A stretch of 64,000 nt of DNA from Pseudomonadota bacterium (GCA_039025455.1 JBCCOF010000001.1:7338-71337), one strand, 5' to 3'; shown: positions 9,101 through 19,780, counted from the first letter of the stretch. A program made the numbers and translations. Notes: a model not told the origin generated them from the sequence alone.

Positions 9101-10972
9101 TCAATACAACCCGTCGATCCGCTCCTGATACCGGTCACGTATCTTGTGCCGCCGGATCTTCATGCTCGGCGTCATCTCTTCGTTCTCGATGGTGAAGGCT
9201 TCGTCGGCAAATTCGAACTTGCGGACCTTTTCGATCACGGACAGGTCCTTATTCGTGCGGTCCACTGCGGCGCGGACGGCTTTCTTGAAGGCTGGCAAGT
9301 CTTGCAACGCGGCGAGGTCGAATTTCTCGCCATTCGCGCGCGCCCATTCAAGCGCCCATTCGGCATCGGGCACGACCAGTCCGACCACATAGGGTCGCTT
9401 GTCGCCGCTCACCATCGCCTGCGCGATCTCGGGTTGCAGGGTCAGCATGCCTTCGATCTTTTGCGGTGCGACATTGTCGCCCTTGTCGTTGACGATCATG
9501 TCCTTCTTGCGGTCGGTGATGACGATCCGGTCTTTCTCGTCGAGATGGCCGATATCGCCGGTGTGCAGCCAGCCATCCTTGATCGTGCGCGCGGTTTCGG
9601 CCTCGTTCTGCCAATATCCGTGCATCACCAGCTCGCCCCGGCAAAGGATCTCGCCATCATCGGCGATCTTGATTTCGACCCCGCGCATCGCCGGGCCAAC
9701 GGTGTCCATCTTCAGCCCCGCGCGCGGGCGGTTGCAGCTGATGACAGGGCCTGCTTCGGTCTGGCCATAGCCTTGCAGCATGGTCAGCCCCATCGCTTCG
9801 AAGAAATTGCCAACCTCGGGATTGAGCGGCGCGCCGCCCGAGACCATCGCCTTCATCCGCCCGCCAAAGCGACCGCGAATCTTGGGGCGCAGGGTCTTTT
9901 CGACGAGGAAGTTCATCGGCGTATCGCGCTTGCGCGGTTTGCCTTCTTTGGAGTTCTCGCTGATCTTCAGCGCCTTATCCATCATGAAGTTCGCCACACG
10001 GCCCTGTTTCTCGACCTGTTTCATGATCCGGGTGCGCAACACTTCGAACAGGCGCGGGACCACGACCATGATCGTCGGGCGGGTTTGCTCGATATTGGAG
10101 GCGAGCTTATCGAGGCCCTCGGAGTAGAAAATCTCCGCACCGACCGAGATCGGCAGATATTGCCCGCCGGTGTGCTCATAGGCGTGGCTGAGCGGGAGGA
10201 AGGAGAGGAAGCGCTCGTCCTCGATCCCGAAATCGCTGATCAGGATGTCCGCTGCGCCCGCGACATTGCAAAGGATCGATCCGTGGTGCTGCTTGACGCC
10301 GCGCGGCGCTCCGCCGGTGCCGCTGGTGTAGATCAGGCTGGCGGTCTGCTCGCGCCCGATATCGGCGATGCGCGCATCGACGGCTTTGCGGGCCGCAGCG
10401 GCGTCGCCTTCGACCAATTTGGCCCAATCGTGATATTCAAAGCTACCGGCCTGTTGGCGGTGCAGGTCTTCGATGCCGATCACATGCTCGACCATCCCCG
10501 TGCGCCCGATTGCGCCGACCACCGGCCCGAGCAGTTTCTCGGTCGAGACGATGACCGCGCGCGCGCCCGAATTGTCGAAGATATGCGCGTGATCGCGTTC
10601 GGTGTTGGTGATGTAGGTGGGCACGGAGATGCACCCGGCGGCCATGATCGCAATATCGGCGATGCACCATTCGGGGCGGTTTTCGGAGACCAGCGCCACG
10701 CGGTCGCCGGGAGCCAAGCCGATGGAGCGCAGGCTCTCGGCCAAGAGACAGATGTGGTTCGCAACCTCGCGCCAGCTTTGCGTGATCCATTCGCCATTTT
10801 GCTTGCTCCCGAGAAAGGGCGCGTCACCTTTTTGGTCGGCGCGTTTCAGGAACAGTTCGACCAGATTGGTCGCGCCATCGATGTCTTGCAGTAGCTGGTC
10901 ATCGTTCGGGTTGACGACGGGGGCGGCGACCGGTGCTGTAGTGGTGCTATCGGGGCTGGAATTCACGGACAA
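9101..10972 (-). CDS. fadD: Long-chain fatty acid-CoA ligase (AMP-dependent synthetase)
   Basis: YTSGTGG.P.GV, QGYGQTE, WLHTGDIG, DRKKD. Confidence 0.9.
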   Translation of the reverse strand: MSVNSSPDSTTTAPVAAPVVNPNDDQLLQDIDGATNLVELFLKRADQKGDAPFLGSKQNGEWITQSWREVANHICLLAESLRSIGLAPGDRVALVSENRPEWCIADIAIMAAGCISVPTYITNTERDHAHIFDNSGARAVIVSTEKLLGPVVGAIGRTGMVEHVIGIEDLHRQQAGSFEYHDWAKLVEGDAAAARKAVDARIADIGREQTASLIYTSGTGGAPRGVKQHHGSILCNVAGAADILISDFGIEDERFLSFLPLSHAYEHTGGQYLPISVGAEIFYSEGLDKLASNIEQTRPTIMVVVPRLFEVLRTRIMKQVEKQGRVANFMMDKALKISENSKEGKPRKRDTPMNFLVEKTLRPKIRGRFGGRMKAMVSGGAPLNPEVGNFFEAMGLTMLQGYGQTEAGPVISCNRPRAGLKMDTVGPAMRGVEIKIADDGEILCRGELVMHGYWQNEAETARTIKDGWLHTGDIGHLDEKDRIVITDRKKDMIVNDKGDNVAPQKIEGMLTLQPEIAQAMVSGDKRPYVVGLVVPDAEWALEWARANGEKFDLAALQDLPAFKKAVRAAVDRTNKDLSVIEKVRKFEFADEAFTIENEEMTPSMKIRRHKIRDRYQERIDGLY

Positions 10973-11076
10973 AAGCTCCTCTTCCCCCCGATCCAGAGCG
11001 AAATGCGCCTCTGTCCGAGCGGGATTGTTGTGTTTCTGGTGGCCGAGTTAGGGTCTGCCTTACCTAGCGGCAAGGT

Positions 11077-12795
11077 TTACTCGTAAGCGAGCTTTGGCTC
11101 GATCCGGGGGTCGCGCGCCACTTCCCACCCCGCTGGCGTGCGGCGCAGGGCGTTGGTTTTGAGCGAAGGTTCAAAGCTGCCGATATTGTCATGGCCCTTC
11201 GCTTTGAAGGCATCTTCCATGCCTTCGAGCGCGGAGTCCTTCTCCATAATCACCCGCGTTCCGAATGACATGATCAGCGGCAGACCAAGCGCTTCTGATG
11301 CTGTCATATCAAAGTCGAGCACGCCGATGATCGAGCGGGTGACCTGCACCGGAATGGTCGGCCCGCCTGCTGCTCCGATCACCAGGACAATCTCGCCATC
11401 TTCGTCGAAGACGATAGTCGGAGCCATCGATGAACGCGGGCGCTTGCCGCCTTCGACGCGGTTGGCGACAGGTTTGCTGTCGCGCTCTGGCGTCAGGCTG
11501 AAATCGGTGAGTTCGTTGTTGAGGTAGAATCCGCCCATAAACAAGCCGGAGCCGAAAGCACCTTCGATGGTCGAGGTGTAGCTGACCGCATTGCCGTCCT
11601 TGTCGACGACCGAGAAATGGGTGGTGCCGTTTTCTTCGGGGCGATCACCCACAGCGCGCGCCAAGGGTGCTCCGGCGGGGGTGCCGGCCTTAAGGTCTTT
11701 GATCGCTTTGTCGGGATCAATCAGCGCGCTGCGGCTGGCGATATAGTCGCGGTCGATCATTCCCGCGACGGGCACGGACACAAAGTCGGAGTCACCCATG
11801 TAAAGCGCGCGGTCGGCATAGGCGACGCGCTGCGATTCGAGAAACAGGTGCCAGAATTCCGGATTGTCGGGGCCGAGTGCGGCAAGATCGAAGCGCTCAA
11901 GCTGGCCCAGCATCTGAATGACTGCGACGCCACCCGAGGATGGCGGGCCCATGCCGCAGACCTTGTAGGTGCGATAGCTCCCGCACACCGGTTCGCGGTT
12001 CTTGGCCGAATAGGCGTTGAAATCCGCCACAGTCACCTTGCCGTCCTGCGGCGTTTCGGCGGCGATATAGCTAGCCATGTCGGGCACCAGACTGCCGGTA
12101 TACATCGCCGATGCACCCTCGCTTGCAAGTGTCCGCAAAGTTGCTGCGAAAGCGGGGTTGATGATGCGGGTTCCGACCGGTTTGGGTTCGCCATCGTCAC
12201 CGAAGAAAACGTCGCGCGCAGCTTGCGTCTTTCCAGCGCGCTCCTTGCGGCTGGAGATCGAGCCATTGAGCCGCTGGTTCATCACAAAGCCGTCTTCGGC
12301 GAGTGTGATTGCGGGTTCAAATAGGTCGGCCCAGGGCAGTTTTCCGTGCGCCGCATGGGCTTTGGCCGCAAGCGCCATATTGCCGGGTACACCAACGCTC
12401 AGACCAGACGTAACCCGCTGATCGCGTGGCAGGCGTTCGCCCTCTGCATCGAGAAATCGGGTGGGTGTAGCCGACTTTGGCGCGGTCTCGCGCCCGTCAT
12501 AGCTAATCACGCCCTTGCCATCGGATCGGACCATAAAACCACCACCGCCGATCCCTGAGCTTTGCGGTTCGACCACCGTCAGCGCTAGCATCACTGCAAT
12601 CGCTGCATCGGTCGCCGAGCCACCCTTGGCGAGGATCGCTTCACCAGCGGCCTGCGCGCGAGGATCGGCGGCGCTGACTGCCCCTTTGACCGAAGCCTGC
12701 GGCGCGGCGGGCGTTGGCGTTGGAGCGCTGGCGTAGTCCGCACAAGCGGCAAGAGTGAGGGCAGCGGGCGAAATCAGAAGCAATCGTGTAAGCAT
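11077..12795 (-). CDS. ggt: Gamma-glutamyltransferase (lipoprotein)
   Basis: EPQSSGIGGGGF, GRETAP, TTHFSVVD..GNAVS, LNNELTDF, RPRSSM. Confidence 0.95.
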   Translation of the reverse strand: MLTRLLLISPAALTLAACADYASAPTPTPAAPQASVKGAVSAADPRAQAAGEAILAKGGSATDAAIAVMLALTVVEPQSSGIGGGGFMVRSDGKGVISYDGRETAPKSATPTRFLDAEGERLPRDQRVTSGLSVGVPGNMALAAKAHAAHGKLPWADLFEPAITLAEDGFVMNQRLNGSISSRKERAGKTQAARDVFFGDDGEPKPVGTRIINPAFAATLRTLASEGASAMYTGSLVPDMASYIAAETPQDGKVTVADFNAYSAKNREPVCGSYRTYKVCGMGPPSSGGVAVIQMLGQLERFDLAALGPDNPEFWHLFLESQRVAYADRALYMGDSDFVSVPVAGMIDRDYIASRSALIDPDKAIKDLKAGTPAGAPLARAVGDRPEENGTTHFSVVDKDGNAVSYTSTIEGAFGSGLFMGGFYLNNELTDFSLTPERDSKPVANRVEGGKRPRSSMAPTIVFDEDGEIVLVIGAAGGPTIPVQVTRSIIGVLDFDMTASEALGLPLIMSFGTRVIMEKDSALEGMEDAFKAKGHDNIGSFEPSLKTNALRRTPAGWEVARDPRIEPKLAYE

Positions 12796-12805
12796 GCCCG
12801 CCTCG

Positions 12806-13849
12806 CTATTCGGTTCCAACCGCTTCGGCAATGCTTGCAAATCCGTCACGGCGCATCAGCCGCTCCAAGCCCGACGCGATCCGTGCGCCCAAGCCCGGCC
12901 CTTCATAGACCATGGCGGAGTACAGCTGAACGAGCGATGCGCCCGCGCGGATCCTTTCCCACGCGTGCTCTGCGCTCGCAATTCCGCCGACCCCGATCAG
13001 CGGGATCGCCCCGCCTGTCGCTTTGCGGAAGTCGCGCACACGCTCAAGCGCGAGATTGCGCAGGGGCGCGCCCGAAAGCCCGCCGGTTTCGCCCGCATGG
13101 TGCGAGCGCAGGTCTGGCCGCGAAATCGTAGTGTTCGACACGATCAGCGCGCCGAGCTTTTTGTCGAGCGCAATGCGCGCAATCGCATCTACATCCGCCG
13201 GTTCAAGATCGGGCGCGACTTTCAGGAAGATCGGTGGAGGGGCGCCCGTCGCCGCTTGTGCACGCGCTTCGATCACACCGTCGATCAGCGCGCTCAAGGC
13301 TCCCTCGTCCTGCAACGCGCGCAGCCCCGGCGTGTTGGGGCTGGACACATTAACCGCGAGATAGCTGGCATAGGGCGTCATAATCTCCGCCATTCGGGCA
13401 TAATCGGCAATGCGATCCTCGGAATCCTTATTGGCACCGATATTGATGCCGACCACGCCGAGCTTACCAGCCCGTGCCTTAAGCCTTGCCAAAGCAGCTT
13501 CGGCCCCCGCATTGTTAAAGCCCATGCGGTTGATCACCGCATTGTCTTCGACAAGCCGGAACAGGCGCGGTTTGGGGTTACCCGCTTGAGGACGCGGGGT
13601 GATCGAGCCGACTTCGGTAAATCCGAAGCCCAATCGCAACAGCGCATCGGGCACCTCGGCATCCTTGTCGAAGCCCGCTGCGACGCCGACCGGATTGGGA
13701 AAGTGAATTCCGGCGACCTCGATGCCGAGCGGACCGGACCGTTTGGCAGTCGCGCGCGCGGGCAGCGCCTTCAAAGAAGCGATTGCGAGGCGGTGACCGG
13801 TTTCGGAATCAAGTGCGAAAATGGCCGGACGGGCAAGACGAAACAGCAT
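12806..13849 (-). CDS. pyrD: Quinone-dependent dihydroorotate dehydrogenase
   Basis: AAGFDK, NRMGFNN, NVSSPNTPGLR, SNTT, GGLSG. Confidence 0.97.
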   Translation of the reverse strand: MLFRLARPAIFALDSETGHRLAIASLKALPARATAKRSGPLGIEVAGIHFPNPVGVAAGFDKDAEVPDALLRLGFGFTEVGSITPRPQAGNPKPRLFRLVEDNAVINRMGFNNAGAEAALARLKARAGKLGVVGINIGANKDSEDRIADYARMAEIMTPYASYLAVNVSSPNTPGLRALQDEGALSALIDGVIEARAQAATGAPPPIFLKVAPDLEPADVDAIARIALDKKLGALIVSNTTISRPDLRSHHAGETGGLSGAPLRNLALERVRDFRKATGGAIPLIGVGGIASAEHAWERIRAGASLVQLYSAMVYEGPGLGARIASGLERLMRRDGFASIAEAVGTE

Positions 13850-13930
13850 GGGAGACGCCTTTGCCAAAATAGGCAGCCGTGTCGAGTGAGAGAGTGCTTT
13901 GACGACACACTGTCCAGGCGAAATCCCCAA

Positions 13931-14064
13931 AGCTTGTCGTTTGTATACAATTATTCGCAATAGCGTTTTGCTAACAAAATGCCGCGACCCGAAGGGCTCG
14001 GAGCAGTTATGCGAAGAGTTCCTCAACTCAAATGGGCGGTTCCTTCGGGTGCCGCCCTTTTTTT
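13931..14064 (+). ncRNA. Candidate small regulatory RNA (5' end uncertain, 13931-13970)
   Basis: No plausible ORF, promoter-like sequences upstream, internal hairpin 13980-14005, strong terminator 14034-14064. Confidence 0.5.
14034..14064 (+). terminator. Intrinsic terminator
   Basis: GGGCGGTTCC-TTCG-GGTGCCGCCC followed by seven T. Confidence 0.85.
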
Positions 14065-14114
14065 GTGTCCTCGCGTATTCAAACCGGATATGCTGCCTGT
14101 AATCAGGCAGGGTT

Positions 14115-15038
14115 ATGAGTGATTTAGTTGAACAGCCTCCCTCAGAAGGGGCATTCAAATTAGGGCAAAGCGGCGAGCGGCTTACGGCTTCGTCGCTCAT
14201 CACGGTCGATTACATTGCGCCTCCCGCAGCGATTAGCGATTATGTCACCACACTTTACCATTTTCGCTGCGACGAAGCGGTAATTCGCGATATTCAGCCT
14301 GCATCAGTCGGGCACCTCAGCTTGTTCCCGTATGGCAAGGGCGAGATGCACTTTCGCGATGGGCATCGCGATCCCAACCACGATTTCGCCATTCTCACTC
14401 CGCTTTCGACCGCGACACCGATTTTTGTCAACGGACCGTTCCATGTTGTGGGTGCGGCTCTGACGCCCCTCGGGTGGGCCGCGCTGACTGGACTGCATGC
14501 GGGCGACCACCGCGACCGGATGCGCGCTGCGGATGAGATATTGGGAGAGGATGCGACAGCGCTGTCTGACCGGCTCAACACCGAATACCGGCTGGGCGCG
14601 CTCAGTGGGAAAGACTGCGCGCTTGAATTGGCGAGTTATATCGGCCGCAAGGCAAAGCCTATAAATCCGCGCCACGCTGATCTGATCGCGACTGTGAATC
14701 GCTGGCTCGGTTCTTCGCTTGATCCGCAACTGCCCGATTTAATGGAGCAAGCCGCCTACTCACCCCGTCAGGTTCAACGACTGGTAGAACGCTATTTCGG
14801 GCTTCCTCCACAGGCGCTCGCACGAAAGTACCGCGCTTTGCGGGCTGCCGCGCTCTTGTCTTTCCCGCAATTGACCCCGGAATACGAAGCCGAACTGGGC
14901 GACGCGTTCTTCGACCAGTCGCATATGATCCGTGAAATCAACCTGTTTGCCGGACGCACGCCTGCCCGCCTTAGCGATGATGAGACACCGTTCTTGAGCG
15001 AAATGATCGATCCGAAGAATTTCCGTGAGCTGGGGTGA
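14115..15038 (+). CDS. AraC-family transcriptional regulator
   Basis: S.RQVQRL..RYFGLPP..LAR.YR and FFDQSHMIRE...F.G.TP. Confidence 0.9.
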   Translation: MSDLVEQPPSEGAFKLGQSGERLTASSLITVDYIAPPAAISDYVTTLYHFRCDEAVIRDIQPASVGHLSLFPYGKGEMHFRDGHRDPNHDFAILTPLSTATPIFVNGPFHVVGAALTPLGWAALTGLHAGDHRDRMRAADEILGEDATALSDRLNTEYRLGALSGKDCALELASYIGRKAKPINPRHADLIATVNRWLGSSLDPQLPDLMEQAAYSPRQVQRLVERYFGLPPQALARKYRALRAAALLSFPQLTPEYEAELGDAFFDQSHMIREINLFAGRTPARLSDDETPFLSEMIDPKNFRELG

Positions 15039-15112
15039 TGCTTGATGCTTGTCGGGCACAACGACGCTGGCCTATCGTTCTTGCACGGACACACATCAAT
15101 CAAGGATCACTT

Positions 15113-16915
15113 ATGCGCCGCCCAGCACTGCTCTCCGCTTCGATGATTGCCATGGCTCTGGCCAGCGCGCCGCCGGCGCTCGCGCATCCGGACCACCACC
15201 ACGAAGCGCCCGCAGAAGCACCCGATATCAACACGGTGTTCGAAGAATATGACGCGGCGCGGCTGGAGCTGTCTCCGCGCAGCAAAGCCTATCGCGGCAT
15301 TCGGGACGCTGATTACGCACGGTGGGACGAGGTTTCCGATGAGGCTGACGAGCGCGAGTTCCGCCTTTTGCAAGACACCGCCAAGATGGTGCGCGAGACC
15401 TATGATATCGAGAAATTGTCCGAGCAGGACGCCATGTCCTATCGCCTGTTTCAAGCGCTCGCCGAGCGCAGCGCCATGCTCAAACCGTTCGATAAGCTCG
15501 GCAATATCTTCGATCATCGCCGCGGAGCGCACACAAGCATCCCTGCGTTCCTGATCAACATTCACCGCGTGAGCACAGCCGGGCATGCGCAAGCCTATGT
15601 CTCTCGGATTGGTGCAATTGGCGCGACGATGGACGCCTTGATCGCAGAATCGAGAGAGCGTGCGGATGCCGGGGTCATGCCGCCGGACTGGGTCTATCCG
15701 TACGTTATTGCGGATCTTGAGGCACTGATCGCTGCGGGTGAAGACAATGCGGTTTTGAAAGACTTCACCGCGAAGCTCAGCTCTCTCGAGCTTGACGAAG
15801 GTCTCAACGATATCTTGATGACGGCTGCAAGGCAGGCCTGGAACCAGAGCGCGCGGCCTGCCTATGAGCGGCTGTTGGTCGAAATGAAGCGCCAGCAGGC
15901 GATTGCGCCCACCGACGATGGTGTCTGGCGCCTGCCCGACGGCGACAAATATTACGCAGCGCAGCTCAAAAGCTATACGACCACCGATCTGACGGCGGAC
16001 GAGATTCACAACATCGGCCTGCGCGAGGTGGAACGCATCCATGGCGAGATGCGCGCGATCATGGCGAAGGTGGGCTTCGAAGGCAGTTTGCAAGACTTCT
16101 TCGAGTTCACCCGAACCGACGATCGCTTCTTCTACGAGACGCGCGAAGACTATCTGCGTGACGCTCAGGCAAAGCTTGATGCGATGGAAGAGAAGCTGCC
16201 GGAATATTTCGGCCGTCTGCCCAAGGCGCCGATGATCATCAAACCGGTCGAAGCGTTCCGCGAAAAGAGCGCAGGCAAGGCGTTCTATCAAAGCCCCGCG
16301 CCCGACGGATCACGCCCGGGCACCTATTATGTGAACCTCTACAACCTGCGCGATATGTCCAAGAACGAGCTCGAGGCGCTAGCCTATCATGAAGGGTTTC
16401 CGGGCCACCATTTGCAGCGCGCTCTTCAAACCGAACTGGGCGACCTGCCGCCTTTCCGCCGCTTTGGCGGGTTCACCGCCTACACCGAAGGCTGGGGCCT
16501 CTACACCGAGGAACTCGGCAAAGACATGGGATTCTATGAAGACCCCTATTCCGATTTCGGGCGGCTTGGCATGGAACTGTGGCGCGCTTGCCGTCTGGTG
16601 GTCGACACCGGCATCCATTCCAAACGGTGGAGCCGCGAAAGGGCGATCCAGTATCTGAAAGACACCACCCCCAATCCCGAGGGTGATATCGTCAAGGCAA
16701 TCGAACGCTATGCCACCACGCCGGGTCAGGCGACGGCCTATATGATCGGCAAGCTGAAAATCATGGAGCTGCGTGCAGAGGCCAAAGAGGCGCTTGGCGA
16801 CAAATTCGACTATCGCGACTTTCATGATGTGGTCTTGCTGAGCGGGCCTGTTCCGCTTTCGATCCTGGAAGAGAATATCGAAAGCTGGGTGGCCGAAACG
16901 CAGGCTGGCGGTTGA
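15113..16915 (+). CDS. DUF885 family secreted metallopeptidase-like protein
   Basis: Signal peptide, HEGFPGHHLQ, EGWGLY.E, RLVVDTGIH, PGQA.AY..G. Confidence 0.92.
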   Translation: MRRPALLSASMIAMALASAPPALAHPDHHHEAPAEAPDINTVFEEYDAARLELSPRSKAYRGIRDADYARWDEVSDEADEREFRLLQDTAKMVRETYDIEKLSEQDAMSYRLFQALAERSAMLKPFDKLGNIFDHRRGAHTSIPAFLINIHRVSTAGHAQAYVSRIGAIGATMDALIAESRERADAGVMPPDWVYPYVIADLEALIAAGEDNAVLKDFTAKLSSLELDEGLNDILMTAARQAWNQSARPAYERLLVEMKRQQAIAPTDDGVWRLPDGDKYYAAQLKSYTTTDLTADEIHNIGLREVERIHGEMRAIMAKVGFEGSLQDFFEFTRTDDRFFYETREDYLRDAQAKLDAMEEKLPEYFGRLPKAPMIIKPVEAFREKSAGKAFYQSPAPDGSRPGTYYVNLYNLRDMSKNELEALAYHEGFPGHHLQRALQTELGDLPPFRRFGGFTAYTEGWGLYTEELGKDMGFYEDPYSDFGRLGMELWRACRLVVDTGIHSKRWSRERAIQYLKDTTPNPEGDIVKAIERYATTPGQATAYMIGKLKIMELRAEAKEALGDKFDYRDFHDVVLLSGPVPLSILEENIESWVAETQAGG

Positions 16916-17047
16916 TCCGCTATCAGCCTGGATCAAGGCACATTCGGGCATTTGCGGTCGCTTTGGGTCGCTTTGCGTGCCTTTGTACCGCCATTGCGTC
17001 ACCGCAAATTTGTAACGCTTGTAATCAAGGCAATGTGTGCGTATTTG

Positions 17048-17070
17048 AATCGGACAGATTTGGTCCGATT
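17048..17070. promoter_or_regulatory. Palindromic operator upstream of the suf operon (IscR/Rrf2-type box)
   Basis: AATCGGAC-N7-GTCCGATT perfect inverted repeat 39 nt before the Rrf2 start. Confidence 0.7.
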
Positions 17071-17109
17071 TAAGAATCGCTCGCAATAACCGGAATTTAC
17101 GACGACGCC

Positions 17110-17544
17110 ATGCGCCTCTCTAACCTTGCCGATTATGCCGTTATCACAATGAGTCAGGCTGCGCGTCACTGCGGCGACGGGCGGATCAGCGCGGCTGAAC
17201 TGGCGGTAGAATCGGGCCTCCCAGTTCCGACTGTTCAGCGATTGGTGTCAAAGCTGACTGGCGCTGGACTGTTGCGGTCTGTGCGCGGCGCCAATGGTGG
17301 TCTCCAACTCGCGCGTCCGGCGGCGGCGATTACCGTGGCGGATATTGTCGAAGCCGTGGAAGGGCCAATCGCGCTCACCGCCTGCGTCCATGACGGCACC
17401 TGCGATCACGAAGCGGGATGCACCATGAAACCGCATTGGCCTGTCATCAACAACGCTGTGCGCAGCGCCCTGGCCGCGATCACAATTGACCAGTTGCGCG
17501 GAGAACCTTCGCGTACCCTCACCTATAAAAAAGAAGTGGCGTAA
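17110..17544 (+). CDS. SUF system Rrf2-family Fe-S cluster regulator
   Basis: MRLS..ADYA, S.RG..GG..LARP...I...DIVEAVEGP, Cys-rich tail. Confidence 0.9.
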   Translation: MRLSNLADYAVITMSQAARHCGDGRISAAELAVESGLPVPTVQRLVSKLTGAGLLRSVRGANGGLQLARPAAAITVADIVEAVEGPIALTACVHDGTCDHEAGCTMKPHWPVINNAVRSALAAITIDQLRGEPSRTLTYKKEVA

Positions 17545-19109
17545 TGAGCGAAAATCTCAATCTCCCAGAGGCTATTGATGCTCCAGAATTGGATCAGTCT
17601 GAGATCGATCAGTCCGAAATGGTCCAGCCTGAAACGGATCAGCCCGAGATGGATCAGGACGCCAAAGATGCGGCTGCGGCAGCGGCCGAATACGAACACG
17701 GCTGGTCCGCAGAGATCGACACCGAATTTTCCGAAAAAGGTCTGACCGAGGACACTGTCGGCTTCATCAGCGGCAAGAAAGGCGAGCCTCAATGGATGCT
17801 CGACTGGCGGCTCAAGGCGTTCCGCATGTGGGAGAAGATGGAAGAGCCCGACTGGGCCAAAGTCGGCTATCCCAAGATCGACTACCAAGACGCCTATTAT
17901 TACGCCGCGCCGACCAAGAAGGTCGAACTGGATTCGCTCGACGACCTCGATCCTGACATCAAGGCGGTCTATGACAAGCTCGGCATTCCGCTGGGCGAAC
18001 AGGAAGTCCTCGCCGGGGTCAAAGGCGCGAAGAAAGTTGCGGTCGACGCCGTGTTCGACAGCGTTTCGGTTGCGACCACGTTCCGCGAGGAACTGAAAAA
18101 GGCGGGCGTCATCTTCCTCTCGATCTCCGAAGCGATCAAAGAACATCCCGAGTTGGTCAAGAAATGGCTGGGCAGGGTGGTGCCGCAACGCGACAACTAC
18201 TTTGCTTGTCTGAACAGCGCGGTCTTTTCCGACGGCACCTTTGTCTATGTGCCCGAAGGCGTGCGCTGCCCGATGGAGCTATCAACCTATTTCCGCATCA
18301 ATGCCGAGAACACCGGCCAGTTCGAGCGCACTTTGATCATCGCCGAGAAAGGCGCCTATGTCTCCTATCTTGAGGGCTGCACCGCTCCAATGCGCGACGA
18401 AAACCAGCTCCACGCCGCCGTGGTCGAACTGGTCGCGATGGACGATGCCGAGATCAAATATTCGACCGTCCAGAACTGGTATCCCGGCAATTCCGAAGGC
18501 GTTGGCGGGATCTACAATTTCGTCACCAAGCGCGGCCTGTGCCAGGGCGACCGCTCGAAAATCAGCTGGACCCAGGTTGAAACCGGCAGCGCGGTGACAT
18601 GGAAATATCCCAGCTGCGTGCTCAACGGCGAAGACAGCGTGGGCGAATTCTATTCGGTCGCGGTGACGAACAACTTCCAACAGGCCGACACCGGCACCAA
18701 GATGATCCATAACGGGCGCGGATCGCGCTCGACCATCATCTCGAAGGGCATCAGCGCGGGCAAATCGAACAACACCTATCGCGGGCTCGTGCGCGTGGGG
18801 CCGAAAGCCGAGGGCGTGCGCAACTTCACCCAGTGCGACAGCCTGCTGCTCGGTGATGAATGCGGCGCGCACACCGTGCCCTATATCGAGGTCAAGAACC
18901 CCGGCGCGCAGATCGAGCACGAAGCGACCACCTCCAAGATCAGCGACGAACAGATGTTCTACGCCCAGCAACGCGGGCTGGACGAGGAGGAGGCCGTGGC
19001 GCTGATCGTGAACGGCTTTGCCAAGGATGTTCTGAAAGAGCTGCCGATGGAGTTCGCGGTCGAGGCTCAGAAGCTACTGGCGATCTCGCTTGAGGGGAGT
19101 GTGGGGTGA
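17544..19109 (+). CDS. sufB: Fe-S cluster assembly protein SufB
   Basis: [35 protein letters not shown]. Confidence 0.98.
   Translation: MSENLNLPEAIDAPELDQSEIDQSEMVQPETDQPEMDQDAKDAAAAAAEYEHGWSAEIDTEFSEKGLTEDTVGFISGKKGEPQWMLDWRLKAFRMWEKMEEPDWAKVGYPKIDYQDAYYYAAPTKKVELDSLDDLDPDIKAVYDKLGIPLGEQEVLAGVKGAKKVAVDAVFDSVSVATTFREELKKAGVIFLSISEAIKEHPELVKKWLGRVVPQRDNYFACLNSAVFSDGTFVYVPEGVRCPMELSTYFRINAENTGQFERTLIIAEKGAYVSYLEGCTAPMRDENQLHAAVVELVAMDDAEIKYSTVQNWYPGNSEGVGGIYNFVTKRGLCQGDRSKISWTQVETGSAVTWKYPSCVLNGEDSVGEFYSVAVTNNFQQADTGTKMIHNGRGSRSTIISKGISAGKSNNTYRGLVRVGPKAEGVRNFTQCDSLLLGDECGAHTVPYIEVKNPGAQIEHEATTSKISDEQMFYAQQRGLDEEEAVALIVNGFAKDVLKELPMEFAVEAQKLLAISLEGSVG
17586..17660 (+). repeat. Five imperfect 15-bp tandem repeats in the sufB 5' end
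   Basis: gaattggatcagtct/gagatcgatcagtcc/gaaatggtccagcct/gaaacggatcagccc/gagatggatcaggac encode [25 protein letters not shown]. Confidence 0.85.
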
Positions 19110-19780
19110 AGACGCGCCTCACCTTGATATCTTGCTGTTTGGCAGTTGCAATTTGTCACTCGGCATCAGCAGAACCCGCTCAGTATTCTGCACTTTCGAA
19201 AATCGCAGAATTGAAGCCAGCAATCGCCTGCTTGAGCGAGCGCGTCAAAATGTCTGATGAAGAGGTAGTTTGGTCTGGCGGCATTCCCGGCGGTCCAGCA
19301 ACAAGTCGCGAGGCAATGGCAGAATGCAAACCACTCGCCAAGCTCAGTGATCAACCGTACGAAAATCAAGGCAATGTAGATCTCCTCAAAACAGCAACTT
19401 TCTGGTTGGTCTTGATGAGATTTGGGGATCATCGCGATCATCTCACCCCTGAAAAATTTGAGGCCGCTTTAAATTTCGCGGGGTGTGTAGAAGGTGAGGT
19501 TCTGGCGCAGGAGAGCCCTTTTGAGTCCTATGGTGTCGAATTCGAGATTTCCGATAAGGCCACTGCGAAGTGTGGCAGCATGGCAAAACTAACGGAGAAT
19601 CCCGGAAAAGTTCCCCGTTCGGTTTCACTTGGCGTGATGGTATCACAAATGAACTTGCTCCACATTGGGCGCGAACTTGGAATAGTCCAGCCTGCCCAAC
19701 AACCGTACAATGACGCGAGGACGGCGCCTGCAATTCCATCTCCTGGACCCACACCACCACCGCGTCGAGAAAACAAATGA
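19106..19780 (+). CDS. Hypothetical secreted protein inserted in the suf operon
   Basis: GTGA overlap with sufB stop, signal peptide, paired Cys, lower GC. Confidence 0.7.
   Translation: MKTRLTLISCCLAVAICHSASAEPAQYSALSKIAELKPAIACLSERVKMSDEEVVWSGGIPGGPATSREAMAECKPLAKLSDQPYENQGNVDLLKTATFWLVLMRFGDHRDHLTPEKFEAALNFAGCVEGEVLAQESPFESYGVEFEISDKATAKCGSMAKLTENPGKVPRSVSLGVMVSQMNLLHIGRELGIVQPAQQPYNDARTAPAIPSPGPTPPPRRENK

Noticed and set aside
8996-10894. 632-aa plus-strand ORF, and similar long ORFs at 12755-13963, 15107-16291, 19528-21126, 25748-26944, 29782-30942 and 37920-39080
   Set aside because: Antisense shadows of well-supported genes in a high-GC genome, with no recognisable motifs.
12806-14203. 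Long N-terminal extensions given in the ORF track for pyrD, rplM, ctaA, purD, nadC, xseA and the adenosine kinase
   Set aside because: They arise from first-start calling. Family homology begins at downstream starts, and the extensions overlap neighbouring genes or regulatory DNA.
17586-17660. Tandem repeats as a CRISPR array
   Set aside because: Contiguous coding 15-mers without spacers. I saw no CRISPR array or cas genes anywhere in the window.
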